Assembly (NCBI GenBank): GCA_050084515.1
Contig: CM114271.1
Span: 29,574,001-29,638,000 of the forward strand
Length of the DNA: 64,000 nt
Origin: Blasia pusilla
Taxonomy: Eukaryota
Reading direction: 5' to 3'
The notes beneath the pieces are model-generated. The model saw only the letters and a list, made by a program, of their open reading frames with translations, was not told the origin of the DNA and ran no database searches. The translations under genes were made by a program, and so were the position numbers. Positions 23,892-37,546 of the stretch are shown here, in pieces; position 1 is the first letter of the stretch, and the number at the start of each line of letters is the position of its first letter.

Positions 23892-24959
23892 TATAATTTA
23901 AGAGGAGCAGGTATATGAGAGTCACAAGCAATGACAAAGTGAGATATTTAAAGTACTAACGTATTCTGACAGCAACCGGGAGGGTACTCTCATTTATGGT
24001 TGGTGTTCCAACATATCTGCCAGACTGGTGACTTCTTTCAGGGACAAATCAAAGCGATTAAATGATCTAGGTGTGTCTCAGAGAGCCCAAGATACTGAGT
24101 AGATAAAGTAGTTTGTCAACCTTAAATATGCCATATTGTGGCACAAATGGCCACTATAGGTGCCAACTTTCAGCTCAGAGGATGTTCAGACGAGCCTATG
24201 GAATTCCTCAGAGAAATGGCAGAATATGATCAGATGTAAACAGTGATGTAATATGTGAGGGCTGTTGAGGGCTGTCATCGTTCCAACATAGTGTACAAAC
24301 ATTTTGTTGTACACAATTGAGATTGTTGGGAGATTTTTCAAGCTTTCATCACACATCATAGGCAACTGTTCCAGTGGCCTTGGGAGTAATTTCAACTCTC
24401 AATGTTGGAGCAGATCTATTGTAGTCGGCAAGGATATTTTTGGTTGGCTAGTAATTGGCTTTCTTTTGTCTCATGTATGTATGTCATCATTGGTTTGGAG
24501 AGGCCACAATTCCTTGATCTCGTTGTCTTTAATGTCTACTATAAGAATGCCACTAGTTTGTTATCAACTTATGTGGTTTTCCTTTTGGGTGCAGATAGCC
24601 ACGTACAGATTGCGTACATATTGCTTATCGATTGCCTTCTTACTGCAGACATCCAACAAGCCTAACCTAAGTGTTCGTGGGACAGAGATCTTATTGCTAG
24701 AGGTCTTTTTTTAATGATAGTTCTGTTCCAATTACATCAGAGTTTACTGTTAGTGAGAGGCTCTCCCGTTTCCTTTTCATTATGGCATGTTGTGGCCCAA
24801 AAAATATCAAGTCCAAAAAAATTGGTGCTAAGGACTTCCTTTATGTTGAATAAACGTTTGCAATGGTGCAAACAATAGTCTGGAAAGAAAAGATTCAACC
24901 TTGATGTGAACCTTGAAGTTAATGTTTAGGTGGCCTCTACTATTGCTCTCTCCCTCTCA

Positions 24960-25360
24960 CTTCCTTTCTCTCGGGTCTATGGTCACAAGGCTATGACATG
25001 CACTACTTAGTGAGTACAGTCTCTTCCTCTCTCTCTATACCCTCCGTCCAACCAGGGCGCGGGGCCTATGGTCGCAAGGCTACAATAGGCACTACTTAAT
25101 GAGTACAATCTCTATTGCTTCAGTTCTTCCTTCGTCTACACCCATCCCAATCTCAAGCACCGTCCAACCAAGGTGTGGGGTCTATGGTGGCAAGGCAACG
25201 ACACGCACTACTTAATGTATGGTCTCTCTCTCTACCATAATTATCTCTTCTATGGTATTATTCACTTCTTCTCCTCTCTACACCCATTCTAGCCTCAAGC
25301 ATATTGCAATCGGGGCCTGGGGTCACATGGCTACGATAGGCACCACTTAAGGAGGAGTCT
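24960..25360. repeat. Four diverged ~90-135-bp tandem units
   Basis: Core gg(t/c)ctatggtc(a/g)caaggcta...gcactactta recurs at ~24974, 25063, 25179 and 25313. Confidence 0.6.
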
Positions 25361-28300
25361 CTACCATAGTAAAAGTTGTGGGCAAATGGTATGAGCAGGA
25401 CAGTAGGGCGAAGCCAAGAAAATGCTTGACCCTCTCTTGATTGTGTATCCCGAACATTGTCAAGTAGAACTGAAGAACTATACGAGTGGTACCCCATACT
25501 TTGGAACGTGGCTTAGTTTCAAGTTTTGGGTGGGACAATATCCTTGATGCATAGGAAAAGTAGGATTGGATCACTAAACTCTTGCACTTTGCACCTTGTG
25601 TGATGATGGGGATGAAACCTGTAGTCACTATCTTGTTCAGGATTTGCTAATAATGCTAAGTTGATAACACATCCACCAGCCTAAAGCCACCATCCAAAAT
25701 TGGTGCATAGGTAAGTAACCTGTGTGATCCCAATCAAATAAAGTAGACGATTTTGTAAATAGCTTCCTGGTTCGCACTTGGAAGATCCACACCAACACTT
25801 AGTATGGCCGACACTCACTATATATGAGAGTGTCTCCCTCCTCTCATATGAGGTTCCTTCCTCACTTCTTTATATCTCCACACCCATCCCAGTCTCAAGC
25901 ACCATGTAACCATGGCTCCATAGATGCACAACTTGTGAGTACTCTCCCCCCCATAGCTCTCTCTTCACCTTTGAGAGTTCGGCCGAGTGCGAGCAAAAGG
26001 CCATTGAGTCGACTATGACCTTGAACTTGTGTTGTGGCTGTGGTTGGTGGTCTCGAGAGTTAGTGTCATCATTTAACAATCTAGGATGAAAATGTAAACT
26101 TGGGTTATCAATTCAAGGTATTCTTATTAATAGAAAAGTTGGATCTAATATAAATCTTCCAGCTGTTGTTATGTAAGGTTCACCTCATACATGTGCCCCT
26201 CTGTCCGGAAATTACGGTAGGAATTCTTAGACATGATTTTTGAAAGGATTATTTCACTATTTCATGTATGTCGGTCATCCTATTCACTCTTCCCTTATCG
26301 CAAGCAAGATCCTATACCCTTGTAGCCTCCTTGTTGTAAAATGGAGTTATGGTGGCACCTGTGGCAAAACTTCTTGAAATATTACCTTGCGATTGTGGAT
26401 TTGATGATCCATTACATTTTGCACTTGGCATTGGCTAGAACAACCGTTTCTTGGTTCTCTTTATCTTTCAAGTAGCTTTTCAATATTTAATTGTGAAACT
26501 TGTATAATAAACTAAATGCTATGTTTTGAGGAACAACGACCGTCTCCCAAGAGGAACAACTTCATGTTAATAGATAGTCTTGTTGGTGAAGAGAAAAATG
26601 TCACCAACAAAGAAATGCATTCTACTCACTTTGTCCACAATAGAAGTAAAATGTCACAAGAAGAAACTGTTATCTATACTATAAGTTGAGGAGTAATTCT
26701 GAATTGGTGACAACTTCAGAGTATGACGCGCGATACTTTTTTCTCAAACCCGGCGCGTGTGTATGTATAATTTCAGGAATCGGCGCGTATATTTAGAGGG
26801 CCGTACACGGTTCCTCACGGGTACTAACTAGTTACCTATAGTGCCATTTTCTTTTAACGTTTCATCATGCGAAAGGAATATGAACTTTTCCAAAAATATT
26901 GAGGCAAATTCGGGCCAGACTTAACAACATTCAATCGAATATTAATAGTGTCGTTAGCATGTACAATTCCATTTTCTTGTATGGTTTCATCACGTGAAAG
27001 GTATATGACCTTTTAGAAATTCTTAGCGAATTCAGACCTGACTAAACAAAATTACTTCTCATGGGCTGATAGAATAAGAATATTTCCTTGAAAGCAATGA
27101 CAAGGGACTTCTCTACAAATCTAGCTAAGAGCTTGGATGAGCACTAGTACAATTCCCAACTTACTCGGTGGCGAGGGCCTATAATCGAGAAGGAGAACAG
27201 GTCATCCGTGTACGTTTTCCTTATATTGGGATTTAGTATGACATTTTCGCCTTGCTATGGTGTTAGCGGCAGTTTCGTAAGAGTAGTGAAACTTCGCAAC
27301 CCTTTCAATCCGAAACTAAAACGGGTGGACCACATGTTTTTAGATTCAGCTGGCCCCACTCTACATGATGGAGACACACTAACTTCGCCATACTTAATTA
27401 ATTAAATTCCGTGGACGTATGGGACGAGTTGGCTCTAAATAATAAAGATTATCTCTCCATGGAGGTAGTACCTCCTTGGGTATCCAAGGGTCGTTCATTC
27501 AATAAAATATGGGTGGGATTTCTCAACCATGCCACTTGGTTGGGTGAATTATCACTATCATTTGATATTCGCGTTCAAACAGTTTGAACCAAAAATATTT
27601 CTAGCTCGCCTAAGAGTAGTACGCATTCACCCATCCTAGAGAAGATTATAGATGGCCTTGCTCTTGAATTAAATAACCCTTGGGGAATAAGATTGACACA
27701 TTGGGCGAAGAAGGGTTGCGAAGCGGATCTATGTTAAACTTTACCACCATGGATGTTTATGATATGCATATGGATGGGGTATATCTGGCTAAGGATGCCC
27801 ATAAGCACATCTACATGGGGACACGAAGAGTAGTAGATTGGTGACGAGAAAAAAGTCCATCTTAAGAGAGAATCCAATTGACATTAGTTTCTAGTACTCG
27901 AGCAGTTTAAAATCTGAAACCCTACAATATTTAATGATATTAGTAAGGACCCGTGCCATTCATGGATCCTTAATTAATTAAATTTGAATATGAATCTCTA
28001 TGTATGATCCCAACTAAGGTGACCAAAAGTATTTTCAAGGAGTGACGACATGTGTCAATTAAAAAACTGCATTCTTCAATATAGAGATTAATGCATCTAC
28101 TAAGCACCTTTCCAATTAAATTTTGAAACCATTTGCTTGAGCTTAATTTTTTTCACTGAAAGGTCTTGGATTTTTCTTTCCGAAATTGTTAATACGGGAG
28201 TGCATTCAAGTCCCACACACGAAACGCACAAAATCCGTCTCTCTAGAACATAAGTTCCATCCCCTAACCCTAGGTACGTTCCTAAGGTTGAGATTGCCCC

Positions 28301-31300
28301 CACATTGTTTATATCATAGACAGGATGAATGGACGAAATGATTCATTGTCCATGGGGATCCGAACGGCCGTGAGAGAGAGAGAACGCCTTTGGTCTTTAG
28401 GGGCTAAAGCACATCCTTCGATGTTTGAGAGTAGGAATACATGGAAGGTGGCACAACTTGAGGGGGTCAAAACTAGTGGACAAAGAGGGAATCGCGGATG
28501 TAAATGGTTGGATGACGAGGGAATAGACACACTACACAAACAAATAGAGTGGGAACATATGGTCGGTCCGAGACGACCGGTTCCCACCTAAGGACTTGCA
28601 ACCACCGAATGAGAAAAGTCGCTCACCCCATAGTAAACAACCTACCAATGCTAGAGTGCTGATAAGTTTCCAATGAGCCCCAACCTCATTAGGATCTAAA
28701 GGCTACCTTCTACTCCATAGCGTGCTTCGAATCCAACCTACAATGATGTTAGTTTCGACAAGGGAAAAGTGAAAACTAAACCTTCGGGAGGTTATTTTTT
28801 AGGTTATTGTGCCAACACGTATGCTGAAAATTTCCAGAAAAAAAATTCTAACATTTTCGATAGCTCTTACTATCACACAGATATAGGAAAAAAAGCCGGT
28901 GATATCTCTCCAGCATATATTCCTGGCAAAGAGATATTGGCTGAAAGTTTCGCAGATTTTCCCGACAGGCATCCCGTTGCAATTCCCGACTAGCATTTCC
29001 CGGCATTGTTTTCGACTCAGGAAAAAGTAGGACGTTAAAACTTTTGGGCACATACTCCCATCTAATGAGAAAGCGACATGTGTAAGACCTTCTGGCACGT
29101 GTCACTACTTAAAAAATCTAAATTACTGGGTGAAAGTTAAACATGTGCGTGACATCATCTCCTAGCAATTTTTTACGAATTTGCAACCCCGGATTTTCAG
29201 AAGCCAATAATAGAGGGGCCCTGTAGTAGTTATTATGTGATTGTACGAAAACACCATAGCCCAACCACCCAAAGCCAGATAACCTGAAGTGGTTGGGGGG
29301 GGAAATTGAAGCCAACCGGCGAAACCATTCGGGAAATGGAGGTGATGGCATCCATGCATGCATGCCTTTGAACATGGGATCTCCGGGGGTGCGAAGGAGG
29401 AAGCTTTCGTCATACATTGACGAGTGTCGTTATGAGAGCGAAGACCACTACTCGCGAGAGCTTTGGCAATCGCGAGTTCTTACTGCGGCTTTTCTGTCCG
29501 TCCGTCCGTCCGTCGACGTGCTCGGCTTTACTTATGTCGCTTTTTCTTTTGTGTTCCCGAATCTAAATCTCCCGTCGTTGCATCGCCGTGGGTTATCCTA
29601 TCCTATCCGAATTTCTTTTCCTTTCAACTTTTCTTTCTTTTTCCTACTTTGTTGGTCGAAGCATCGTCGTTTAGCCCACTTCCTTTTCTTTGCCGGTGAT
29701 TGCATCCAATAAAATGGTCCCAAGATTTGGGGTATCTTATCTCGTTGTTCAATCATGTCAGCCAAAATATGCCTAGAGTACTTTGTTAAATTTTGGATCG
29801 TGACTTTTAAATGTGTTATCCAATACTCTTTCCCTCTAATTTCTACTTTCCAATCGAAATCAGTATGACCTTTTTACTAGATGGCCAAACTAGTGTTTCC
29901 AAGCCATTTCTTGGTTTTAGCATAGGATTGAGGGAGCGTCCGTAGTAGCTATTCCGAGTCAAATAAATAATCCCAATGTTGGAGGTAGTGCAGATCCGGA
30001 GTTGAAAGAAACACCTCCATGGGGAACAAGGCCGAGCCCTCCCTTTCCATGACCAATCTTGGGAAAATCCGAGAGGAATGTGTTATCACATTCAGATCCA
30101 CAATTGTACCCTTCAAAAAATCAAACCTTGGGTATTTCCCAAGGCCAAATCGAATAGAACCAAATTACAATGAAGAGCCGAATGCCTCTCCATTGTACCA
30201 AGGGAAGAAAACTAGGAAAGAAAAGGACCGAAAGGAGAGAGTAAAGGCTTTGAGAGGACTTCAAAAACTTTCAAATGGTTACTCTACAAAATCATTTTGC
30301 TACCTATGATACAAATTTTCCCTGAATGTCATAGTCTATCTCTCTTACCCTATCTTTGACTCTGAGTCTTATGACAGACTGAAAGTTAAAAGCCGTAACT
30401 ATCCACGGATAGGCGGCATCTCTCTCTCTCTCTCTCGCATGGATGTCTTTGCCAAGTTTTCTCAGGGATGAATCTATGACAAGAAATAAGAGCATATAGA
30501 AATAAAAGACATTGCCATCAACAACAAGGTTCTCCATCTCTCTCTCTTGCTTGACTAACTTTGCCTAAAAATCTATGTCGTGCAGGAACATAGTACCATG
30601 AGCTCTACGGCTACAAAGTAGTTACAAAACACCTCATCAACATGGACACATACAAGAAAAACATATTTATGTTCCCCTTCTCTTCCTCTTCCTTACACAA
30701 TATGTCTCTCTGTAGAAACCCTCGCAACACTCTATGTTGCTTTTTCTTAGAGATAAATTTGGGGCATAAAAGGTAAGCAAGATGCTTTCAAGGAGAAACA
30801 TATACACGCTTTCTTCCCCTTCCTTACTCGGTCTCTATCTAGGATCTACCGAAACACTCTATGGTGCTTTCTTTCAAAGAAAAATCTGAGATAAAAAAAA
30901 GTAAGCAAGATTTCGCGACCCTCGTAACCAAACAAGTGTCAAGTGGAACATCCAAACTCTAGCGAGCTCACGCTAGGATGGTTTGGGCTTTGGAGAAGTC
31001 TCAAGAAGAGACAAGTTAGGAAACACAAATGTGTCATGGTAGATGAGGAGTAGGGCGAGATAGTATCGAGGCCTTAGAGGGATCTTGTACTTCCCTATTT
31101 TGAGAGGTCATATATGACCTACTCTTAGAGACCTTCCCTTTATGAGGAGTGGCAACCTTGGAGAGGTTGACCTTCCCAGCCATGTATGGCTCCACTTGGA
31201 CCTATAGGGTCGTGGGTTAGTTGGTAGTTGGTCTCATGAGGAGACTACATATGTAGTTGTTAGGGATCTAATATGGCTGCATTACGGGTTGGTATAGTGA

Positions 31301-32953
31301 CCTGCTAGGAGGGAGGTGACATGTGTGTACAGGTCACCCATGGAGGTGCCCAAGGGGGTATACTCGGATGAGGCTCATTTGGAGCTCATCTCCTTAGGAT
31401 TGCAGACCCTTGTTGGGATCCGTCATACAGTGCGGCTCGCATGTATTGAGCATGGATTCTCTCTTGAAGACTGGGCTAGGAGTGATCAATAAGGAGGTCA
31501 CACATTTTGGGAATCCTTGTGTATACTTTCTCTTGTTGTTACACCAGTGTGTATCTGAATCATGAGTATGGTTGTTTGGATGAAGCACGGTTGATTGCAG
31601 ATTTCATCAGAGTTTACAATGCGTATTCAACTTTATATTGGGGTTATCTTGTTGTTAGTGTAGAGAGGTTAGGATTCATAGCTAGATGGATCTTAGACAT
31701 TTGTGTGCATGACAACCGATGTATGTTGGCAACCATGTGTATTCACATGAAAAATGTGAGACGCAAACGAGGCTAGTGTTTCGAGTGTTTCATGCATTTA
31801 TGGTCGTGTCTGGGAAACCAAAACCAAATGAAAACTCAAACTTGATAGGAGTCGAGTCTCAGATGAGACGTGGCCAAGGGGTGAGAACCACACTTGGGAC
31901 GTGGCTAGCGTTCGGGGTTTTTGATTGTATTTTAGACCATAAATTTTAGTCACAAGATGAATTGGAGACAAATAATATGGCTTCAAAAAGCTTATGCGGA
32001 TCCGGTTTCAACGCACCAAAGATCTTGGCAAATGCTCATGCAGAGGCTGAGATATTGGCCGAAATAATTATACAGGGAGTCGGGTTGAGGGCCAAAAAGA
32101 GGGGCCCGGATGTCTCTTCCTCAAAGGTAGGGGGAGGGCGGAGATCCCTAGAAGTACTACTGAGTAGTAAGGTCTCCAAGGGTGCTTGGGACTTGAACCC
32201 CACTTTGGGCGCCGTGGGGCGACTTAAGGGCAAGGAATGGATAGGGAGTTTTGGCGTTGGGATTCAAAACCCGAACCAAATCCAATAGAGTAGATTTCAG
32301 AGTTCCTTTTGGATTCCAACCAATGACTCATATTTTTGGGTCTTGGTTTGGGAGCTCGTGCAAGGTCCATTGGACAGTTGGGACTGCTAGGTGCGCAAAT
32401 GCCGTTTTAGGTGCTTGGACTAACCAAAAATTCTGTCCCAAGTCTGGGAAGACTTGCTTGTGTTGGGAAGCTAGGAATGAGGGAAGGTTGAGTTTGATGA
32501 GGTGCCGACTTGAGAACTCGGTGGGTTGGATGGAAGAATCATCCAGACTAGACTACATGAGTGTGTTTGGGTGTAGATCGGCGATGAGAGTGTGTCTTGC
32601 TGAACGTACGCTTCCGCAATAATAGAGATTGACATTCGAGGGGAGTATGCGCACGACACAAGATGCTTGGCACACACTATAAACCAATATCAATTGCACT
32701 AGAAAGAAGAAGAGGCCATGAGCAAAAATACCTATGAGAGCACTGCATTATGTGTACATGGACACTTGCAAGAAAAAAAAATTCACATAGTATCTCCTAA
32801 GACACCCTATGTCTATTTGTCTTAGAGAGAAATCTATGACCGAAAAGATGAGCACGGTTTAATGCTATTCCGATTGAGTCTAAACTAGACCAGGTACGGG
32901 GTGTGCAGTGGAAGAGACCGTTGTGAAGGCATAGCCTTTGGCTGTGGCGGACT

Positions 32954-35603
32954 TTAAAGAGGTTGAACTCCCACTGAAGATGATATGGAAGGAGAGAGAG
33001 TTTCCACTGAGGGAATAATCGGGGAAGGAGCTGGAATAGGAAAGGAATTTTGAGGATTAGGGGATGAGCGGAAAAATAGAGGATCAGATTTGATAGCCAG
33101 ATCTTGTTCTGAAACACCATTTTGTTGTGGTGTGTGGGGAACAGTGAACTGCTTGAAGATTCCTCGAGAATGGCAGAACTCTATGAAAGCAGATGACTTA
33201 TATTCACCACCATTGTCAGATTGCAATGTCTGAATGCGTCGAGGTTGATGCTGAGTCTCTACATTAGCCACAAATTGAGTGAAACGGGAAAACGCTTCGG
33301 ATTTGTAATGGAGGAGGTAAACAGTAGTATACCGGGAGAAATCTTCAATAAAGACCATGAAATAGCCAAAACCCAAATGAGTAGGGGGAGAAATAGGCCC
33401 ATAAATGTGAGTTTGGATTATTTCTAGAACATTGAGGGCCCTATGGACTGGAATCGTATTAGAAAAAGGTTTATGGGTCCGCTTCTTTGTAGGTAGGCGG
33501 GTGCTCGACATGAAGAAAGTCGCAAGGGACTATGCGTTGGAACGCCGCCAGCCATTTGCTGTTGTAATAGTTGAGAAACCCGAGCAGCATTAATGTGTCC
33601 CAAACGGTGATGCCACAAATCAGCAATCGTGGGAAGAACCATAGTGGCAGCTGTAATGATAGAAGATTGGGAGGGGGGAAGAACAGCTTCTCCGAGTTTG
33701 TACAAATCATCAATTAAGAAACACGTTGTAATGATTTGGTCTTTAGAGTCACGGAGTACGCATTGTCCCTTATGAATCAAGGCAGATCCTCCTGAAGTGT
33801 CTAGTTGCTTGACTGAAAAAAGATTTTTCTTCAAGCTTGGTATAAAGAGAACATTCCGAAGAATGTATCGAATACCATTAGTCAGGAGGATCTCAACGTT
33901 TCCAAATCCTTTTATCTCCAGACTAGAGTTATCACCTAGGAAAACATACGAAGATTTTTCATACGGAGTGTAATCGGAAAAGGAATCAATGGAGAAGGCC
34001 ATATGATGAGTAGCACCGGTATCAAGATACCATGTGTTATCTTGAATATCTGAAGCCGAAGTTGAATAGGCAACTGTAAAGGAGAGATGAGACGTAAAAT
34101 TTGATTTTGGAGCAGACAATCTAGACTGCATTTGCTGATCTGCAAGACGTTTTCGGCAATCTTTAATATGATGCCCCTGCAAATTGCAATAGAAACACGT
34201 CATTTTCTTATAAGTATTCTGCTGATTGGAGGATGAAGCCTGCCAATCAGCTTGATGATTGGACGATTCGCCATGTGGAATCGTCATAGAAGCAGGAACA
34301 AATCCTGATTTGAAAGGACCAAAGCCTTTTTGAGGAGCTTTGCCTCGACCGTAACCTCTAAAGGAGCCCCCTTGCCTCAAATTGCCAAATTTGGACTTCG
34401 ATTGAAAAGGGGCAGAACCTCGTCCAACAAAAAAAGCTGAGGACGGTTCAGCAGTCTGCGTCTTCATCATTTTCTCCTCCCTAAGAAGGAAAGTGATCAC
34501 AGATAGCAACGTAAGGTTACTCTAACCTCGCAATGTGGTCAATAAGTTGCGGTAACTATTGGGTATTGATTGCATCAATGCAAGATACTGATTTTCATCA
34601 GTAGTCACCGATCTAGCAGCGTGGAGTTGATCAATCAATGTCCTAAATTGATGGACATGTTTGGTAACACTATCACCTTCTTTCATCTTAAGAGTCTGCA
34701 ATTCATCGTGCAGATACATTTTTGTGACAACGTCCTGGGCTTGGTATAAAGAATCTAATTTCGTCCAGGCTTCCGCTGCAATCGTAGCGGAACTGATATG
34801 ATAAACTTGCAAATTGTCTAAACGATTTGCTATGAAGGATAAGGCAATTCGGTTGAAAATCTCCCATTCGTGGACACTCCGGCGCATGATGGGGAGCGGT
34901 AGCGCTGGCTGGCTTTGGAGTTGTTCCTTCTACGATGCTTACTAAATCTTCAGCATCAAGGTACAATCTCATGCGTAATCACCAGATATAGAAATAGGTC
35001 CCGTCAAATTTTGGGATGTTGTCAATCTTGAGGAACATGTTAGAATTCACCATCGTGAATTGATGAAAATGATAGAAAACGGGTCAAGGACTTCGAATTC
35101 ATAAGAATCAGAAGTAAGCAGCCACCAAGCAATCAGAAACGAGAAAGGCGTTTGAGCAAAAGGCATCCCTTTACTCTAGGAATGTTGAAGCGTCCCTCAA
35201 ATTCCAATCCTTTCTTGAAAATCGTAAAAGTAGTGACTAGCGACCAAGCTCTGATACCATGTGAGAAATGCGGAATGAATTGAAATTGCGTTTGTACTCT
35301 CTGTGTTCTTTGTGTGTATTGATAGATTGAATGCCGATACATAAGTAGTAAAGTCTTCTCTAAACTAAGAGCCGTAATCAAAAGACGTGACGGTAACTGT
35401 GTCACTTCAGAAATGTCTCATAGCTATGTATTGTTTTGCAAGATGAAACGTTACTAGCAGTAATCAATGGTCATAAGCAGAACATTGATCCTAATCTAAT
35501 CTACATCGTCCGTATGGGTTGATCCATGTGATCAATGTTTAGATCGACTACTATCAATCAGCAATCTGTTGATTTGTTTCGCTGTACTAATTAATTTCTA
35601 ACA
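32954..35603 (-). mobile_element. Ty1/Copia 5' half: LTR (35260-35603), tRNA-iMet PBS, gag, protease, truncated integrase
   Basis: Minus-strand LTR tgttagaaa...tttctcaca followed directly by tggtatcagagc (35248-35259). UBN2-type gag, knuckle CFYCNLQGHHIKDC, protease WYLDTGATHHM, LWHHRLGH, integrase LQSDNGGEY...PQQNGVSE. No RT or 3' LTR seen. Confidence 0.93.
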
Positions 35604-37546
35604 CAAGGAGATCTCAGAGCAAAGTAGATCTGGAAGAATTTCCAAACCTGTAGAAAGGTTGGGGATAAACGAAGCTCATTCTATTGAAGAAGGAGTTGTA
35701 GAGCCCAACTCTTTGAGTGAGGCTATGAGCAGGAATGATTCGAAACAAAGTGGGAGCAGGTGGGGGAAGAAAAGGTCTCATTAGAGAAAAATAAGACATG
35801 GGAGTTTGTAGATTTGCCACCTGGTAGAAAGACCATTGGTTGCAAATGGGTCTTTAGAATAAAAAGGGGACCAAAGAATGAGATCTTGAAGTACAAGGCA
35901 CGTCTGGTTGCAAAAGGCTTCAATCAGGAGGCTAGTTCAGACTATCAGGAGACCTTTGCTCCTGTTGCAAGGTATGGATCCATTAGAGTTCTCTTGGCAT
36001 TAGCAGCTCAACAAAATTGGGAGGTGGAACAGATGGATGTGAAGACTGCATTCTTAAATGGAGAACTCAAAGAGGAGATCTACATGGAGGTACCAGATGG
36101 ATATACTCATCCAGGCAAGGTGTGTCTCTTGAAGAAAGCCCTTTATGGCCTAAAGCAAGCACCTAGATGCTAGTATGAGAAGATGAATGCTTAACTGATT
36201 AGGAAAGGATTCCAATGTAGCAATGCAGATCAAGGAGTGTACTCCTTAGACTCCACTATGTACATAGCATTGTATGTTGATGATTTTCTGATGCTAGGAG
36301 GGAGCTTAGACATTGTAAAGAGAGTGAAGAAAGACCTTTGTCGCAACTTTGAGATGGTTGATCTGGGTCCAGCAAAGTGGCTATTGGGGATTCAGATTGA
36401 GAGAAAGCGGGAAGAGAGCTGGATTCGATTGAGTCAAGAAAAGTATATAGAGAGTATCTTGATCATGTACAACATGCAAGATTGTAAGCTTGTATCAACA
36501 CCCCTAGATCGGCTGCAAACTCAACAAAGATATGGGAATTTCAACTGAAAAGGTTGACAATTTGCAAGCACTATATCAAAGTGTTGTAGGGTCATTGATG
36601 TTTGCTATGGTCTCACATGCAGAGCAGACTTAGCATACCCAGTTGGTGTCTTAGCCAGTACACCAGCAAACCTACAATAGAACATTGGAAATGTCTAAAG
36701 AGAGTACTCGAGATATTTGCGTGGCACAACAAGAACATACTTGGAATACAGGCATCAAGAAAATGGACCAATCTTGGAAGGGTTTCAGATGCAAGTTGGG
36801 GAGATGATATCTGATGAAAGAAGATCAACAAGTGGATATGTCTTCTTGTTAAGTGGAGGGGTGATCAGATGGTGCAAGAAGAAACAAAGAATCTGTTGCA
36901 CTCTCTACAACCGAGGCGAGTACATGGCGCTTTCTCTTCATGCTGCTCGAGGAGGTGATCTGGTTAAGGAGCTTATTGAATGATCTTGGATATGAACAGA
37001 TGACTCCTACATCCCTACAGGTTGACAACAAAGGAAGTATTGCATTAAGCAAAAATCCTGTTCATCATCCTAGAACAAAACACATTGACATCAAACATCA
37101 CTTTGTAAGAGAAATGATAGGAAGAGAAATCTCCTTGGTTTACTATCCAACAGAGAATATGGCAGCTGATGTCCTGACCAAACCTCTATCACAGGACAAA
37201 CATAGAAAGTGTATATCTATGATGGGCATTACTCTAAACTCTCATTAAGAGGGAGTGTTGAAATTTGTTAATATCTAGTTTAGTCATGCCCTAAAAGTAG
37301 TTAGTCAAATACTAACTTAGTTGGATACTAATTTAGTTAGCTAGAGATAAACTTCGTGTTCCTCTATATTTTTAGGGTAACCTTGAATTAGGGCAATTCT
37401 CGAGTTAGGACTAGCCACCATCTGTTATTTAGGGTATGGATCTGTTCAAGAAGATCTAAGGGCCAGAAGTGCTCACCCTCATGTATATAGTGTCTCTGTT
37501 TAGAGAGAAGAAGCCAATTCTATAGCATGCACAGTTTTGGTGAGGA
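35604..37546 (+). mobile_element. Ty1/Copia 3' half: RT, RNase H, PPT and truncated 3' LTR (37256-37546)
   Basis: [61 protein letters not shown] aagagggag then LTR start tgttgaaa. Frameshifted. Confidence 0.93.

Noticed and set aside
26770-26832. Additional Helitron 3' ends (here and near 56160-56178)
   Set aside because: CTAG is preceded by only weak hairpins, and no matching 5' end or coding remnant was found.
27400-28760. Possible decayed DIRS-like RT/recombinase remnant
   Set aside because: Only faint motif hints (PNPRYVPKV), with no catalytic motifs readable.
28769-32700. Short overlapping ORFs as genes
   Set aside because: No recognisable motifs. The region looks like non-coding TE-derived sequence that I could not delimit.
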